Origin: a virus
Strand: one strand, 5' to 3'
Length of the DNA: 64,000 nucleotides
IMG/VR virus record: IMGVR_UViG_3300024231_000003
Span: 1-64,000 of that record
Shown: positions 46,496 to 56,214 of the stretch, piece by piece
Numbering within the stretch: the first letter of the stretch is position 1
Layout: each line of letters opens with the position of its first letter
Program-made: the position numbers and the translations under genes
Notes under the pieces: generated by a model
The model's input: the letters and a program-made list of their open reading frames with translations, nothing else
What the model was told of the DNA's origin: nothing
Databases searched by the model: none

Positions 46496-47821
46496 TTATT
46501 CGTATTCTATACAATCCTGTAACATACTGTTAACTTCTCTATACTTGTCGAATAACTCTTGTTCAGTTGCACCAGTTAAATCAAAGTTTACGTTGAATGC
46601 CTTGTTTTGTAAATTTTGCCATTTTGGAATAAAAGCTCCAACCTCTAATCCAACATTTTGCGCATTAAAGTATTTACTTACTTTGTCTAGGTTATGCAAC
46701 GCTTTAATCTTTCCAGGCTTTAATAAAGCACAGCCCCAGAGTAAATTATTTTTAATGACAAGAGGTTCTCCTTTAACAAAATTGGTAATAATGTTATTGT
46801 CATTAACACTGTCTAGGATATTAACAAATTGTCCAGGTCTTGGATTTAAGTCAATAGCAATAATTTTACCATCATCGCAGGTATGAAAGTCTGGGCCAGC
46901 AAAGAACATTTCTTTAACTTTTAAATGATCCACTAATGTTTGTAAGTATTCAATAGAAGCTTCTTCTATTTCTTTACCAACTTCACTAGCATTGGCAATC
47001 CATACACATCTATCTCTAACAATGTCACTAGATTCACTAATTGAGTGACTTGAAATAGGATCATCCTGTGGATCCATTACATCGCCATATTTAATTTTAC
47101 TATTCTTTACATAGAACTCAATATGTACTTTTCCGTTCTTAACGTATCCTATAGGGGAAACAGTAGGCATTGAACTCCAATGGTACTCTTGAAACATAAT
47201 TCTACAAGCCTTGTTGTTGAACTTCTTAAGGTATATTCCTTGTCCATTAAGTTCAAAAAACTTATTGTGTGATTCCTTGTCTTTTAGGTGTTTTAGGAAA
47301 TGATGCCTATTGTTCCAACGTCTGTATTCCACTGAAGGAGCACTATTGTCATCACCAGGAAAGAATACATTACTTCCTGTACCAATATCTGGTTTACTAA
47401 ACACTTGTTTATTTTTAAAGATACTTAGTTGACTATGGGTTCTAGGTGTTATACTTTTTGGTGTATACTTTTCTAAACCAATTGTTCTACAAAAGTCATC
47501 CATTAACTGTTTATTACTTAATATCTCAGCCGCAAAAGGTGTTAAGTTGTTAATGCCATAATAGCTCTCCAGTTGAGAAGCAACAGGCAATAAGTTTTCA
47601 CTTACACACAGTACTTTATCACAGTTGGGAATATCTTTTACAATTTCTGCTATATTGAATAACTTTGAAATTACAAGAGTATTAGCCATTTTTACATATT
47701 TTTTAGATTCATTAGGTTTATTATCAGTGATAAGGATAACATTATCATCTTTATATGCAGACAATAAACCTTCTGATTTATTTAGGCTTCTTTCGTGTGA
47801 TAGAATTACAATATTCATCAT
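46496..47821 (-). CDS. ATP-grasp ligase
   Basis: NKQLMDDFC..IGL..TPKS, SKPDIGTGSN, FQEY, IDLNPRPG; AAGGA RBS before ATG 47821; TTGCAA-17-TATAAT upstream. Confidence 0.8.
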   Translation of the reverse strand: MMNIVILSHERSLNKSEGLLSAYKDDNVILITDNKPNESKKYVKMANTLVISKLFNIAEIVKDIPNCDKVLCVSENLLPVASQLESYYGINNLTPFAAEILSNKQLMDDFCRTIGLEKYTPKSITPRTHSQLSIFKNKQVFSKPDIGTGSNVFFPGDDNSAPSVEYRRWNNRHHFLKHLKDKESHNKFFELNGQGIYLKKFNNKACRIMFQEYHWSSMPTVSPIGYVKNGKVHIEFYVKNSKIKYGDVMDPQDDPISSHSISESSDIVRDRCVWIANASEVGKEIEEASIEYLQTLVDHLKVKEMFFAGPDFHTCDDGKIIAIDLNPRPGQFVNILDSVNDNNIITNFVKGEPLVIKNNLLWGCALLKPGKIKALHNLDKVSKYFNAQNVGLEVGAFIPKWQNLQNKAFNVNFDLTGATEQELFDKYREVNSMLQDCIEYE

Positions 47822-48579
47822 AAGTATGCTATTTCCTTTAATATCTGGTTTATACACATTATACTATACTTCTCATTACTTTGCAAGACAATTGTTTGGT
47901 TATTCTTTTCAGAGAAATGTTCAGCAAAGCTATGTGTATTAGGCTTTAGTGTATCAAATTCGCTGTTTGACAAAATCTTAGATGTTGTGTTATACTTAGT
48001 TATAAGTATTTCTCTATTCTTATTTGGAATCATAAATCCGTGGTGTGTATTTGGTACTGTAGTACTTATGGGAGGCATCAAACAATGAGCCTCAAAATCA
48101 TTATAGTTGTCACACCAATTATCATTTTTAGCTAAGAATACAGTAGTATTTACATAGTCATTAGACATTAACCTTGGAGTAAGTGCAATAATACCAGGAT
48201 AAAAGCAATAATTCTTAACAAAATGATTACTATGATATAGCCCAAGATAACCACCTAAGCTACTACCTATATGTACAATCTTATCGTATTGTGGCATCGT
48301 AAAATCAAACATATCACTAAATGTACATTCATGCAAATCAATATAAGGTCCATGATCAATCCATCCTAGTGAATCAATACCAAATTTAGAAAAGTAATCA
48401 AGCAATCCTATATTATAACCTTTGGACAGAAACGTTTCAGCTAAACGTAGTTCATTACCGCCAATACCTCCACTGCCATGACTAATTAAAATAAGCACAT
48501 CAGGGCTCTTACAATTATGAGGAATAAATATACTTATGTTATCACGTATTACAGATTTTGAAATTAAAAGATTAGACAT
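47818..48579 (-). CDS. Alpha/beta hydrolase (dienelactone hydrolase-like)
   Basis: SHGSGG, GSSLGG nucleophile elbow, FYPG, D, HGF. Confidence 0.8.
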   Translation of the reverse strand: MSNLLISKSVIRDNISIFIPHNCKSPDVLILISHGSGGIGGNELRLAETFLSKGYNIGLLDYFSKFGIDSLGWIDHGPYIDLHECTFSDMFDFTMPQYDKIVHIGSSLGGYLGLYHSNHFVKNYCFYPGIIALTPRLMSNDYVNTTVFLAKNDNWCDNYNDFEAHCLMPPISTTVPNTHHGFMIPNKNREILITKYNTTSKILSNSEFDTLKPNTHSFAEHFSEKNNQTIVLQSNEKYSIMCINQILKEIAYL

Positions 48580-49078
48580 GGATAATCTCCCTGATGAACT
48601 TTATACATTTGCTGACACTTGTGCTGAACAAGGTATGCAAAATAATATAAGTGTTGCTGCAATGAAGATTGGCAAATGGGGAAATGAGGCATGGTGGTGT
48701 ACCTGGGCTGACGGCAAAATTATTAGCATTAGCGGATGTCACCAAATGGACCAATACGAAAAAGGTTGTTGGCGTCTCATGGTAAGAACAGCCACACTTT
48801 TGGAATACAGAGGCAGAGCACCTGGTAGCATACGTACTATTCGAACTGATTTCAATTGGGGTCATGTTTTGCCTTATCAAGTTAATTATGCAGTATTGCA
48901 AGGAGCAACAAAGGTAGTTTTTACTACTAATAGTGATTCTGACGGAGATAAAAATAGTTTGCGTACAAATAGAGTAGTGCGTAAAGTTCTAGAACCACAA
49001 GGGCTAGTAAAGCTTGATGCACAGGATGTTGAAATATTTTATACCCGTCAAAATGTGTGGGAAATTATAATTTCCTAA
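48536..49078 (+). CDS. GNAT-like acyltransferase
   Basis: DGKIISISG...RLMVRTATLLEYRG pattern; TAAATA-N5-ATG. Confidence 0.55.
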   Translation: MLSRITDFEIKRLDMDNLPDELYTFADTCAEQGMQNNISVAAMKIGKWGNEAWWCTWADGKIISISGCHQMDQYEKGCWRLMVRTATLLEYRGRAPGSIRTIRTDFNWGHVLPYQVNYAVLQGATKVVFTTNSDSDGDKNSLRTNRVVRKVLEPQGLVKLDAQDVEIFYTRQNVWEIIIS

Positions 49079-49641
49079 TCAATAATTTGTATTGGGTCAA
49101 TACTAATATTATTAATATTTATTTCTTTGGGTTGTTCTAATATCCAGTCAATATAACTGGCAGCTTGCTCCATAGGTAATACTGTTCTTCCAGGATTCTT
49201 ATGTGCTTTATTTTGCAGCGTACCAAAACTAATATGCGTTACTTTGGGTGCATTTTGCCAATTACCCATGATAGCAAGGCCATTGGACATTTCGTTTAGA
49301 GCTAATTTTTCATAGTGGTACAAGTTACCCTTACCACGCCTAACAGTATCAGTAGTAGAACCAACATTGATAATTCTTTTGTCAAAGCCACCTTCAGCTA
49401 ACCATTTATGCCATATAGTATGCAATAGCATAGATTGTTTAAAATAAAAGTTTGCATACATATTAATAAAAACGTCACAATCTTGTGATAACCGAGCTAC
49501 TTGTTTAATAGCACCATCATCATTAAAGTCGTATCCATTATCTCGACTAGCTGTTACTATTTCATGACCTCTAGCTTCCAACATAGGAACAAGATACCCA
49601 GTTAAGTCTTTGTCTCTATTACCTGTTATTAAAATTTTCAT
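49075..49641 (-). CDS. Short-chain dehydrogenase/reductase-like protein
   Basis: KILITG, DVFIN, RIINVGS, YHYEK (YxxxK); AAGGAG RBS. Confidence 0.8.
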   Translation of the reverse strand: MKILITGNRDKDLTGYLVPMLEARGHEIVTASRDNGYDFNDDGAIKQVARLSQDCDVFINMYANFYFKQSMLLHTIWHKWLAEGGFDKRIINVGSTTDTVRRGKGNLYHYEKLALNEMSNGLAIMGNWQNAPKVTHISFGTLQNKAHKNPGRTVLPMEQAASYIDWILEQPKEININNISIDPIQIID

Positions 49642-49700
49642 ATTATACTCCTTGTATATATTTATAATAAATAACATAGTACTTAATTAGAAAGAAAATC

Positions 49701-50468
49701 ATGCCAATTATTAAAGAAACAGTTTTAGAAGTAAAGCATTACACAGATAGATTATTCCATATTACAACTACCAGAGATCCTAGTATACGTTTTAGAGATG
49801 GTGAGTTTTTAATGATAGGAATTGAAGTAGATGGAAAGCCATTACTTAGAGCATATAGTGTAGCAAGTCCAAGCCATCAAGAGACTCTAGAGTTTTTTAG
49901 TATTAAAGTACCAGACGGTCCACTTACCAGTCGTTTACAACATATACAGGTAGGCGATGAATTTTTAGTGAATTCCAAAGCAGTTGGCACACTAGTAGCT
50001 GATAACTTAAAACCAGGACGTAACTTATATCTTATGGGCACAGGTACTGGAGTTGCACCATTTTTATCAGTAGCACGTGGATTCGAAGCATATGAAAATT
50101 ATGATCGTGTTATATTGATGTGGGGTACACGAGAAGTTGCAGAACTCCCGTTCATTGAATACTTTGATAATCTCAATGAAGATGAAACTTATGGTGAATT
50201 AACAGAAGGTAAGTTCTTGTTCTACCCAACATGTACTCGTGAGGAATTTAAAAATCAAGGACGAGTAACAACTGCAATGTATGAAGGTAAAGTACAACAA
50301 GTATTAGGTCTAGAGCCATTTGATGCAGAACATGATCGTGTAATGATATGTGGATCTCAGGAAATGAATATGGAATTACGCAAGTATTTTATAGATGATA
50401 TGGGTTGTACTGAAGGGAACGCAAATCATCGAGGAGAATTTGTGTTAGAGAAGGCATTTGTAGGATGA
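49701..50468 (+). CDS. fpr: Ferredoxin/flavodoxin-NADP+ reductase
   Basis: RAYSVAS, IKVPDGPLTSRLQ, TGTGVAPF, MICGS, EKAFV. Confidence 0.95.
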   Translation: MPIIKETVLEVKHYTDRLFHITTTRDPSIRFRDGEFLMIGIEVDGKPLLRAYSVASPSHQETLEFFSIKVPDGPLTSRLQHIQVGDEFLVNSKAVGTLVADNLKPGRNLYLMGTGTGVAPFLSVARGFEAYENYDRVILMWGTREVAELPFIEYFDNLNEDETYGELTEGKFLFYPTCTREEFKNQGRVTTAMYEGKVQQVLGLEPFDAEHDRVMICGSQEMNMELRKYFIDDMGCTEGNANHRGEFVLEKAFVG

Positions 50469-51232
50469 ACTATACTAAAGGTGTAAAGCAAGAAAAACAA
50501 AATATCATAGATAGGTTCTCTCCAGCAAAAATATTAGAAAATGTACTAACAGATGAACAAGTACATGAATTGCTTTTATTTCAATTCCAAAATGCTGACC
50601 GTATTAAGTGGACAGCAACTAGCAGTAATATACAGCCATCAATAAACATTGTAAAAATGTTAGAGAAATTTGATTGGCTAAAGGATATAATAGCTAAAGA
50701 GATAGGTGACTTTTGGGAAGGACAACATAGTGGTAATTACTTTATTACTACTCAGTTGCATGATGCTCATGCAGATCTATTAACTGAAAAAGAAACAGAC
50801 GAAGATTGGGCGCAAGGCTTTATACCATACAAAAGCGCAGTAATTCCAATAATTATTACTGCTAGAGCAAAAGCATATACTGCATTTTTTAATCAAAGAC
50901 ATATTGGACATAGTATAACACTGGATAGAGAGTTTGTCACATCGCAAGACGATAGTATGTACGAAATATCCAGAGACTATCCAGATTTTTATATGGGAGA
51001 TGGCAGTGTTAGTACATTTGCTGATATTGAAAAGCACCCTAAATATATATTCCCTCATATACACCCTGAAAATAACAGAGGACTATCAATTGAAAATGTA
51101 TTTGAATTTAAACCAGGAAACATAATGATATTTGATGCGTGTCAAATCCATGCAAGTTGCGTAACTACTGACCGTCCAAATTTCCATTGGTTAAAAAGCG
51201 GAATTAATATACAGTTTTATAAAAAGTTATAA
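50465..51232 (+). CDS. 2OG-Fe(II)/cupin-fold oxygenase-like protein
   Basis: HDAHAD...SAVIPI...FKPGNIMIFDACQIHAS...K. Confidence 0.65.
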   Translation: MNYTKGVKQEKQNIIDRFSPAKILENVLTDEQVHELLLFQFQNADRIKWTATSSNIQPSINIVKMLEKFDWLKDIIAKEIGDFWEGQHSGNYFITTQLHDAHADLLTEKETDEDWAQGFIPYKSAVIPIIITARAKAYTAFFNQRHIGHSITLDREFVTSQDDSMYEISRDYPDFYMGDGSVSTFADIEKHPKYIFPHIHPENNRGLSIENVFEFKPGNIMIFDACQIHASCVTTDRPNFHWLKSGINIQFYKKL

Positions 51233-51240
51233 ATATATAC

Positions 51241-51322
51241 ACATGATACGATAGGTCAGTGACCAGGAATAGCAAATGCCTGAGAGTGGAATTAGTCAGC
51301 GGAATACCTTATCATATCATGT
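51241..51322 (+). ncRNA. Candidate 82-nt structured late RNA or leader
   Basis: Starts at the expected +1 after TATAAATA (51228-51235); ACATGATACGATAGGT/ACCTTATCATATCATGT closing stem; three GGAAT motifs. Confidence 0.5.
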
Positions 51323-51342
51323 AAAAGAAAATAGGAGAACGG

Positions 51343-51618
51343 ATGGGTATAATTGGCCATAATGACGATGATCAAAATAATTTAAGTGATTCTGAACCTA
51401 AAGGTAAACTTATTATAGATATTACTGATATCTATGACAGAAGAACACGCAAGAAAAAAGAACTAGAATTTTACACCAAAGAGCTTGATAAAATGATGTT
51501 GAGATTATCACTAATACAGCACGAAATTGGTGTAACAGAAACTATTATTACTATGATAGAGAATGAACAAATAGTAGATTTGAGAGAATCAATCAAAGAG
51601 AAGAGAAATAAAGAATGA
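51343..51618 (+). CDS. Small coiled-coil hypothetical protein
   Basis: AGGAG RBS, 91 aa. Confidence 0.7.
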   Translation: MGIIGHNDDDQNNLSDSEPKGKLIIDITDIYDRRTRKKKELEFYTKELDKMMLRLSLIQHEIGVTETIITMIENEQIVDLRESIKEKRNKE

Positions 51619-52379
51619 ATACATTGTATCTTGTATGTAGTCGCAGTTGCATAAATCAAATGGAAATACCATACTTACTTAATAACAGTCCTGATTTGCA
51701 TGGTGAAAGCAAAGCTGGAGAACACTATGCAGGATACGAGCTTGATGGACAGCCTATTGATCATGAACCAGGAATACTTGGAAAAGTAAGAGTACATGAT
51801 GATTATTGGAACTTGTCAGAAGAGGACTTTCAATATTATAACTTTGATGTAAGAAATGAATTAAACATTACTACTGATATGTTAGATAATCTACTTAACA
51901 TTATTGAAGATAAAAGTATTGCAGTATTATTGCATGCACATAATTTAAACGATATATGGAAGTGGAGTAGAGACAAGCCAGTGATTGTAATTAACACAAA
52001 AATTGGTGATTGGGAAGGCAACATTGAAACATGGGCTCCTAGGGAATATAATGTTCTAATGGAAGATGATAGAAATGCTAATTATAGTGGTACTGATCAT
52101 GCGTGGCCAGGTTGTGAAGAGGTTGCCGCAGAATTTGTATCAAGAATGCATTTAGATAGCGAACTTGGTAGGGAACAAGCTGATAGATTAGTTACACAAT
52201 CACAATGGATGATAGCACCAGATATATACACACTATGGGATACAGTTGGTATTGCTCCACCTAGTAAAGAATGGATTGACGCATATTTGCAAGATTATAC
52301 TGAGCACCAGGAATATAATCACGATTTATTAGTTGAGCTTAGAATAGCATATGACAATCATACTGGTAGATATGATTAA
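51615..52379 (+). CDS. Hypothetical protein
   Basis: ATGA-coupled 254 aa ORF; no motif recognised with confidence. Confidence 0.7.
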   Translation: MNTLYLVCSRSCINQMEIPYLLNNSPDLHGESKAGEHYAGYELDGQPIDHEPGILGKVRVHDDYWNLSEEDFQYYNFDVRNELNITTDMLDNLLNIIEDKSIAVLLHAHNLNDIWKWSRDKPVIVINTKIGDWEGNIETWAPREYNVLMEDDRNANYSGTDHAWPGCEEVAAEFVSRMHLDSELGREQADRLVTQSQWMIAPDIYTLWDTVGIAPPSKEWIDAYLQDYTEHQEYNHDLLVELRIAYDNHTGRYD

Positions 52380-52716
52380 TTTTGATCTACCTATAAAAAT
52401 ATTTGTATTTAAAGATGATAGTGAAGTCAAAGTATGCTTTAAAATATCTGATACATGTGTATTAAATAAATTTATTAGTATTGAAGATTTCCAGTATATT
52501 TGCAATAACTGGCGTAATGGGGTAAATGGACTTGAAACTAATATGGGCAAAGTTTGGTGGGAACACAGAACCTCTGGGCCACGACCAAAATGTGAACCTG
52601 CAGATTTTGTATCAATTAACTTTAGTGATTGGAGTTTTAGAATAACAACTCTTGAAATGGAACAATTGGTACAGGAATTTAATAAACAGTTAATTGCAAA
52701 AAATCACTGGGATTAA
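52351..52716 (+). CDS. Hypothetical protein (start may be 52372)
   Basis: ORF in operon context. Confidence 0.6.
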   Translation: MTIILVDMINFDLPIKIFVFKDDSEVKVCFKISDTCVLNKFISIEDFQYICNNWRNGVNGLETNMGKVWWEHRTSGPRPKCEPADFVSINFSDWSFRITTLEMEQLVQEFNKQLIAKNHWD

Positions 52717-52728
52717 CTAAATACTATT

Positions 52729-53220
52729 ATGCAAAACTTGCTTCAAAGATTAAATTTAATTAACTTGTTACTAGTAGTGTCATTATCAGTACTGCTATGT
52801 TCACATGTCTGGTTAATTAAATCATTTTCGCATTTAAGAAACGCTAATCCACTTCATAATTTAAGAGCTCACGCAGTTGAGCCTATTTTTGAAGGTGACA
52901 AAGCTATTAAATTTACTGGTACTTTTGATCGCCATATTAAATGTACATTACTAAATTTTGACCTAAATCTAGTAAACGACAAATCAAATGACTCACTTTT
53001 ACTAGGACCACAACATTTAATTCAATCACCACCTCCAGCAACTGGTCCAGGAGAAAATATTGCAATATCTTTTACTCTTAAGATGCCAGAAATGATGACA
53101 ATAGGTTTATGGAACACTAAATTTACAGGATACTATCAGTGTTCACATGGTATATTTAATGACTATAAAGTGGTAGTAGTAGAAGTTGAACCTTTTTTAA
53201 TCCAACCATTAACACCTTGA
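52729..53220 (+). CDS. Membrane-anchored protein with beta-rich periplasmic-type domain
   Basis: N-terminal transmembrane helix, two Cys in the soluble part; TAAATA-N5-ATG. Confidence 0.65.
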   Translation: MQNLLQRLNLINLLLVVSLSVLLCSHVWLIKSFSHLRNANPLHNLRAHAVEPIFEGDKAIKFTGTFDRHIKCTLLNFDLNLVNDKSNDSLLLGPQHLIQSPPPATGPGENIAISFTLKMPEMMTIGLWNTKFTGYYQCSHGIFNDYKVVVVEVEPFLIQPLTP

Positions 53221-53286
53221 CATACTGTCAGAATATGCTAATATATAAGGACTTAGCATTTATTTAACATATAGTGAAAAAATATG

Positions 53287-53315
53287 TTGACATAATCTAA
53301 ATATATCTATATAAT
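53287..53315 (+). promoter_or_regulatory. Consensus sigma70 promoter of the clamp/deazaguanine operon
   Basis: TTGACA-17 bp-TATAAT; a second TTGACA at 53217. Confidence 0.75.
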
Positions 53316-53346
53316 AATATTATTAACATCTTTAAAGGAGATATGT

Positions 53347-54102
53347 ATGACTATGACTATAAGAGACGTAGTGCAAGACGTTGTCAAGCACACAGCGGGC
53401 TTAGGTTTTATTAATTGCGTCAAAGTTACTGGCGCTGAACAAGAAACAACACTAGACGCAATGGATAGTGATCGAACAGTTATTTTGCAAGCAAAATTGC
53501 ATAATGATGTGCCAGAATTTGCTGGTGAATTTGGCTTAGGAAATCTAGGCTTTTTAAGTGGCATTACTAACCTTGGTAACTATCAAGCAGATGATGCAAC
53601 AATAGAAGTTAGTAAACGTGATCGCAATGGTGTATCTACACCAGACGCATTATTGTTTAAAGACGCAGAAGGCAATACAGACCAATATCGTTTTATGAGC
53701 AAGGAAATTATTGACCAAACACTACAAACTGTAAAGTTTAAAGGTGCTGAATGGGACGTAACATTTGAGCCAACAAAAGCAAAAGTAAGTGAACTACAAC
53801 AAGTAGCAGGCATTTACGGTGGTATTGAACCTAACTTTACTGTTAAGACAGAAAACGGTAATTTAATTGTAACTGTTGGCGCAAGCGATGGTAGCTATAC
53901 AGGTAAGCGTACATTTGCACAAAATGTAAATGGCGAACTTAACGAAGGTTATGCATGGCCATTATCACAAGTACTAGCAATTTTAAAACTAGGAATGAGC
54001 GGAGCATGTGTAATGCAAATCTCAAAGCGTGGCGCACTAATGATTAGTGTAGACTCAGGCATTGGCAAATACGATTATATTCTTCCAGCATTAACGGTGT
54101 AA
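53347..54102 (+). CDS. Putative sliding clamp (gp45/PCNA-like)
   Basis: 251 aa two-domain alpha/beta pattern, GEFGLGNL, C-terminal YDYILPA; AAGGAG RBS. Confidence 0.65.
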   Translation: MTMTIRDVVQDVVKHTAGLGFINCVKVTGAEQETTLDAMDSDRTVILQAKLHNDVPEFAGEFGLGNLGFLSGITNLGNYQADDATIEVSKRDRNGVSTPDALLFKDAEGNTDQYRFMSKEIIDQTLQTVKFKGAEWDVTFEPTKAKVSELQQVAGIYGGIEPNFTVKTENGNLIVTVGASDGSYTGKRTFAQNVNGELNEGYAWPLSQVLAILKLGMSGACVMQISKRGALMISVDSGIGKYDYILPALTV

Positions 54103-54107
54103 ACATT

Positions 54108-55613
54108 ATGGCGACTAAGGTAAATTTAACTGAACGTAATAAAGATTATAGTGTCTTTTTACCAAGTATTAGTAGTTTTTATGATCGTACAATTAGTAAG
54201 TATCGTGAATTGGGATCAGACTTTTATCCAGATTCACGTATACCTGCTGCATTTGAAAATGGTATCGAAGGATGTGATTTTCTAAAAACAGATGCCTATT
54301 ATAATTATAAATGGGGATTGTATTCAGCAGGACATGCTCAACTAGACTTAGCTAAAGCTAACACGCATGATAATATGGTACAAGGTCGTGAGAGAGACAA
54401 AACATTTATCTTAGGCGACTCAGGTGGTTTCCAGATCATTAAAGGAGTTATCCAATGTGATTGGCCTAACTTTAAAACAGATGATACTTTGCGTAAAACA
54501 ATTCTTAATTGGTTGGAACATACTGCAGACTATTCAATGATCTTGGATATTCCAACACTTGCTGCTGATCCAACATTTAGTAAACGAACTGGCATTACTA
54601 GTTTTAATGAATGTTTAGATTATACTGATTTTAATGTAAATTGGTTCAAAGCTAATCGTAAGTGGAATACAAAATACCTTAATGTTATGCAAGGCCGTAA
54701 TTGGCAAGAAGCAGAGTATTGGTATGAGAATATGAAGCACCATGACTTGGATGGTTTTGCATTTGGAGGTGACGCTAAGAACGACATTAACATTATTCTA
54801 CGTACATTAATTAAAATGCGTGATGATAAGCAATTAGAAAAAGGCAAACGAGATTTACTACACTACCTAGGTATTAGTAAACTTGAGTGGGCAGCAGCTT
54901 ATACACAAATTAAACGTAGTTTACGTGAAACTGTTAACAGTGATATCGAAGTTATGTTTGATTGTGCCTCTCCTTTTATTGCAACTGCCAAAGGACAAAT
55001 TTACACACAACACAATCACAAAGCTGATAAATTTGGTTATGTGATGGAAAGTGCGGTAGATGATAAACGCCTTGCTGGAAGTCAAATTCCATTCCCTTGG
55101 GGCAGTCCAGTTGGTGAGCGTATGAATATGGGAGACATTTGTCACTATGCGCCAGGTATGCTTAATAAAATTGGTAAAGAAGGTAAAACTTCTTGGGATA
55201 GTTTAACATATTTCTTGTTAATGTCTCACAATGTTTATCAGCATATCGAAAGTGTACAACGTGCAAACGTATTGGTAGATACTGCAAAAGTACGTTATGA
55301 CACAAATCATAACAACTGGCGCAAACTTAAACATGGTAGCCGTGATGAGCAATTTGATGCTTGGGTACCACGCAATACTTTATATATGGTTAACTTTATT
55401 GATGAACTATTTAAAAGTGAAACTCCAATGCAAATGTTAGATGAAGCGGCTCCTATGCTTGCTAACTTTAACGGTAAGAAAACTTTAACAACAAGCAACA
55501 ATAGCTTTAATAGCTTGTTTGATGTTCAAGAAGTGCAATCATCAATTAATGAAGAATACTCAGAAGAGGAACAAGCAAAAGCTGCTGACTTCCTTGAAAC
55601 TCTAGAAAACTAA
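54108..55613 (+). CDS. tRNA-guanine transglycosylase/DpdA-like base-exchange enzyme
   Basis: ILGDSGGFQI, MILDIP, NVMQG, FAFGG, LHYLG, FDCASP, SHN. Confidence 0.8.
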   Translation: MATKVNLTERNKDYSVFLPSISSFYDRTISKYRELGSDFYPDSRIPAAFENGIEGCDFLKTDAYYNYKWGLYSAGHAQLDLAKANTHDNMVQGRERDKTFILGDSGGFQIIKGVIQCDWPNFKTDDTLRKTILNWLEHTADYSMILDIPTLAADPTFSKRTGITSFNECLDYTDFNVNWFKANRKWNTKYLNVMQGRNWQEAEYWYENMKHHDLDGFAFGGDAKNDINIILRTLIKMRDDKQLEKGKRDLLHYLGISKLEWAAAYTQIKRSLRETVNSDIEVMFDCASPFIATAKGQIYTQHNHKADKFGYVMESAVDDKRLAGSQIPFPWGSPVGERMNMGDICHYAPGMLNKIGKEGKTSWDSLTYFLLMSHNVYQHIESVQRANVLVDTAKVRYDTNHNNWRKLKHGSRDEQFDAWVPRNTLYMVNFIDELFKSETPMQMLDEAAPMLANFNGKKTLTTSNNSFNSLFDVQEVQSSINEEYSEEEQAKAADFLETLEN

Positions 55614-55624
55614 AGGAAAATAAT

Positions 55625-55813
55625 ATGACTAAAAAAATTAGACTTGTTGACGAAGGCGATATTTCAGATACAGAAAATAATGTAAAAACTAAAGCCCCAT
55701 CTGCTTCAACTGAAACAGTACACATTACTCAAATGCTAAAATATGCAGAAGCTATTGACTGGAAGCTTTGGGAAATCTTAAAGATCCTGAAACATCAAAC
55801 AGGGGAAGATTGA
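55625..55813 (+). CDS. Small hypothetical protein
   Basis: AAGGA RBS; IDWKLWE motif. Confidence 0.65.
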   Translation: MTKKIRLVDEGDISDTENNVKTKAPSASTETVHITQMLKYAEAIDWKLWEILKILKHQTGED

Positions 55814-55814
55814 T

Positions 55815-56213
55815 ATGGCTCTAGCCGTAGCAAAACGCCAAATATGGGTAACATTTCAAAAAGAGGGTGTACACTTATATCCTGCGGCGAAAGACGACCC
55901 AGCATTGGCAACTGGAGGATGGGATGATGTATCATTCTTAGGAGTGGCACACCGTCACATTTTCCATTTTCGTGTAGCAATTGACGTATTCCATGATGAC
56001 CGAGATATTGAATTTATTCAATTCAAACGTTGGTTGGAATCATTATATGCTACTAATATACTTGAGCTTAATCATCGTAGTTGTGAGATGATTGCTGAAG
56101 AACTAGCACAACAAATTCACAACAAATATCAAGGCCGTTCAATCACTATCACTGTAGCAGAAGATAATGAAAACGGTGCAACAATGACATTCAACCCTGA
56201 AGAGGAAAAATAA
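55815..56213 (+). CDS. queD: QueD-like (6-pyruvoyltetrahydropterin synthase/T-fold) protein
   Basis: EGVH, HRHIFH, DRDIEF, SCEMIAE, V.EDNENG. Confidence 0.75.
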   Translation: MALAVAKRQIWVTFQKEGVHLYPAAKDDPALATGGWDDVSFLGVAHRHIFHFRVAIDVFHDDRDIEFIQFKRWLESLYATNILELNHRSCEMIAEELAQQIHNKYQGRSITITVAEDNENGATMTFNPEEEK

Positions 56214-56214
56214 A

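Noticed and set aside
46485-46515. TTGACA...TATACAAT promoter firing antisense into the ATP-grasp gene
   Set aside because: The -10 spacing is imperfect, and such matches arise easily in AT-rich DNA; no downstream plus-strand gene supports it
51241-51322. SRP (4.5S) RNA or Y RNA
   Set aside because: Lacks the SRP domain IV CAGG-GNRA-AGCA arrangement and the Ro-binding bulged helix consensus
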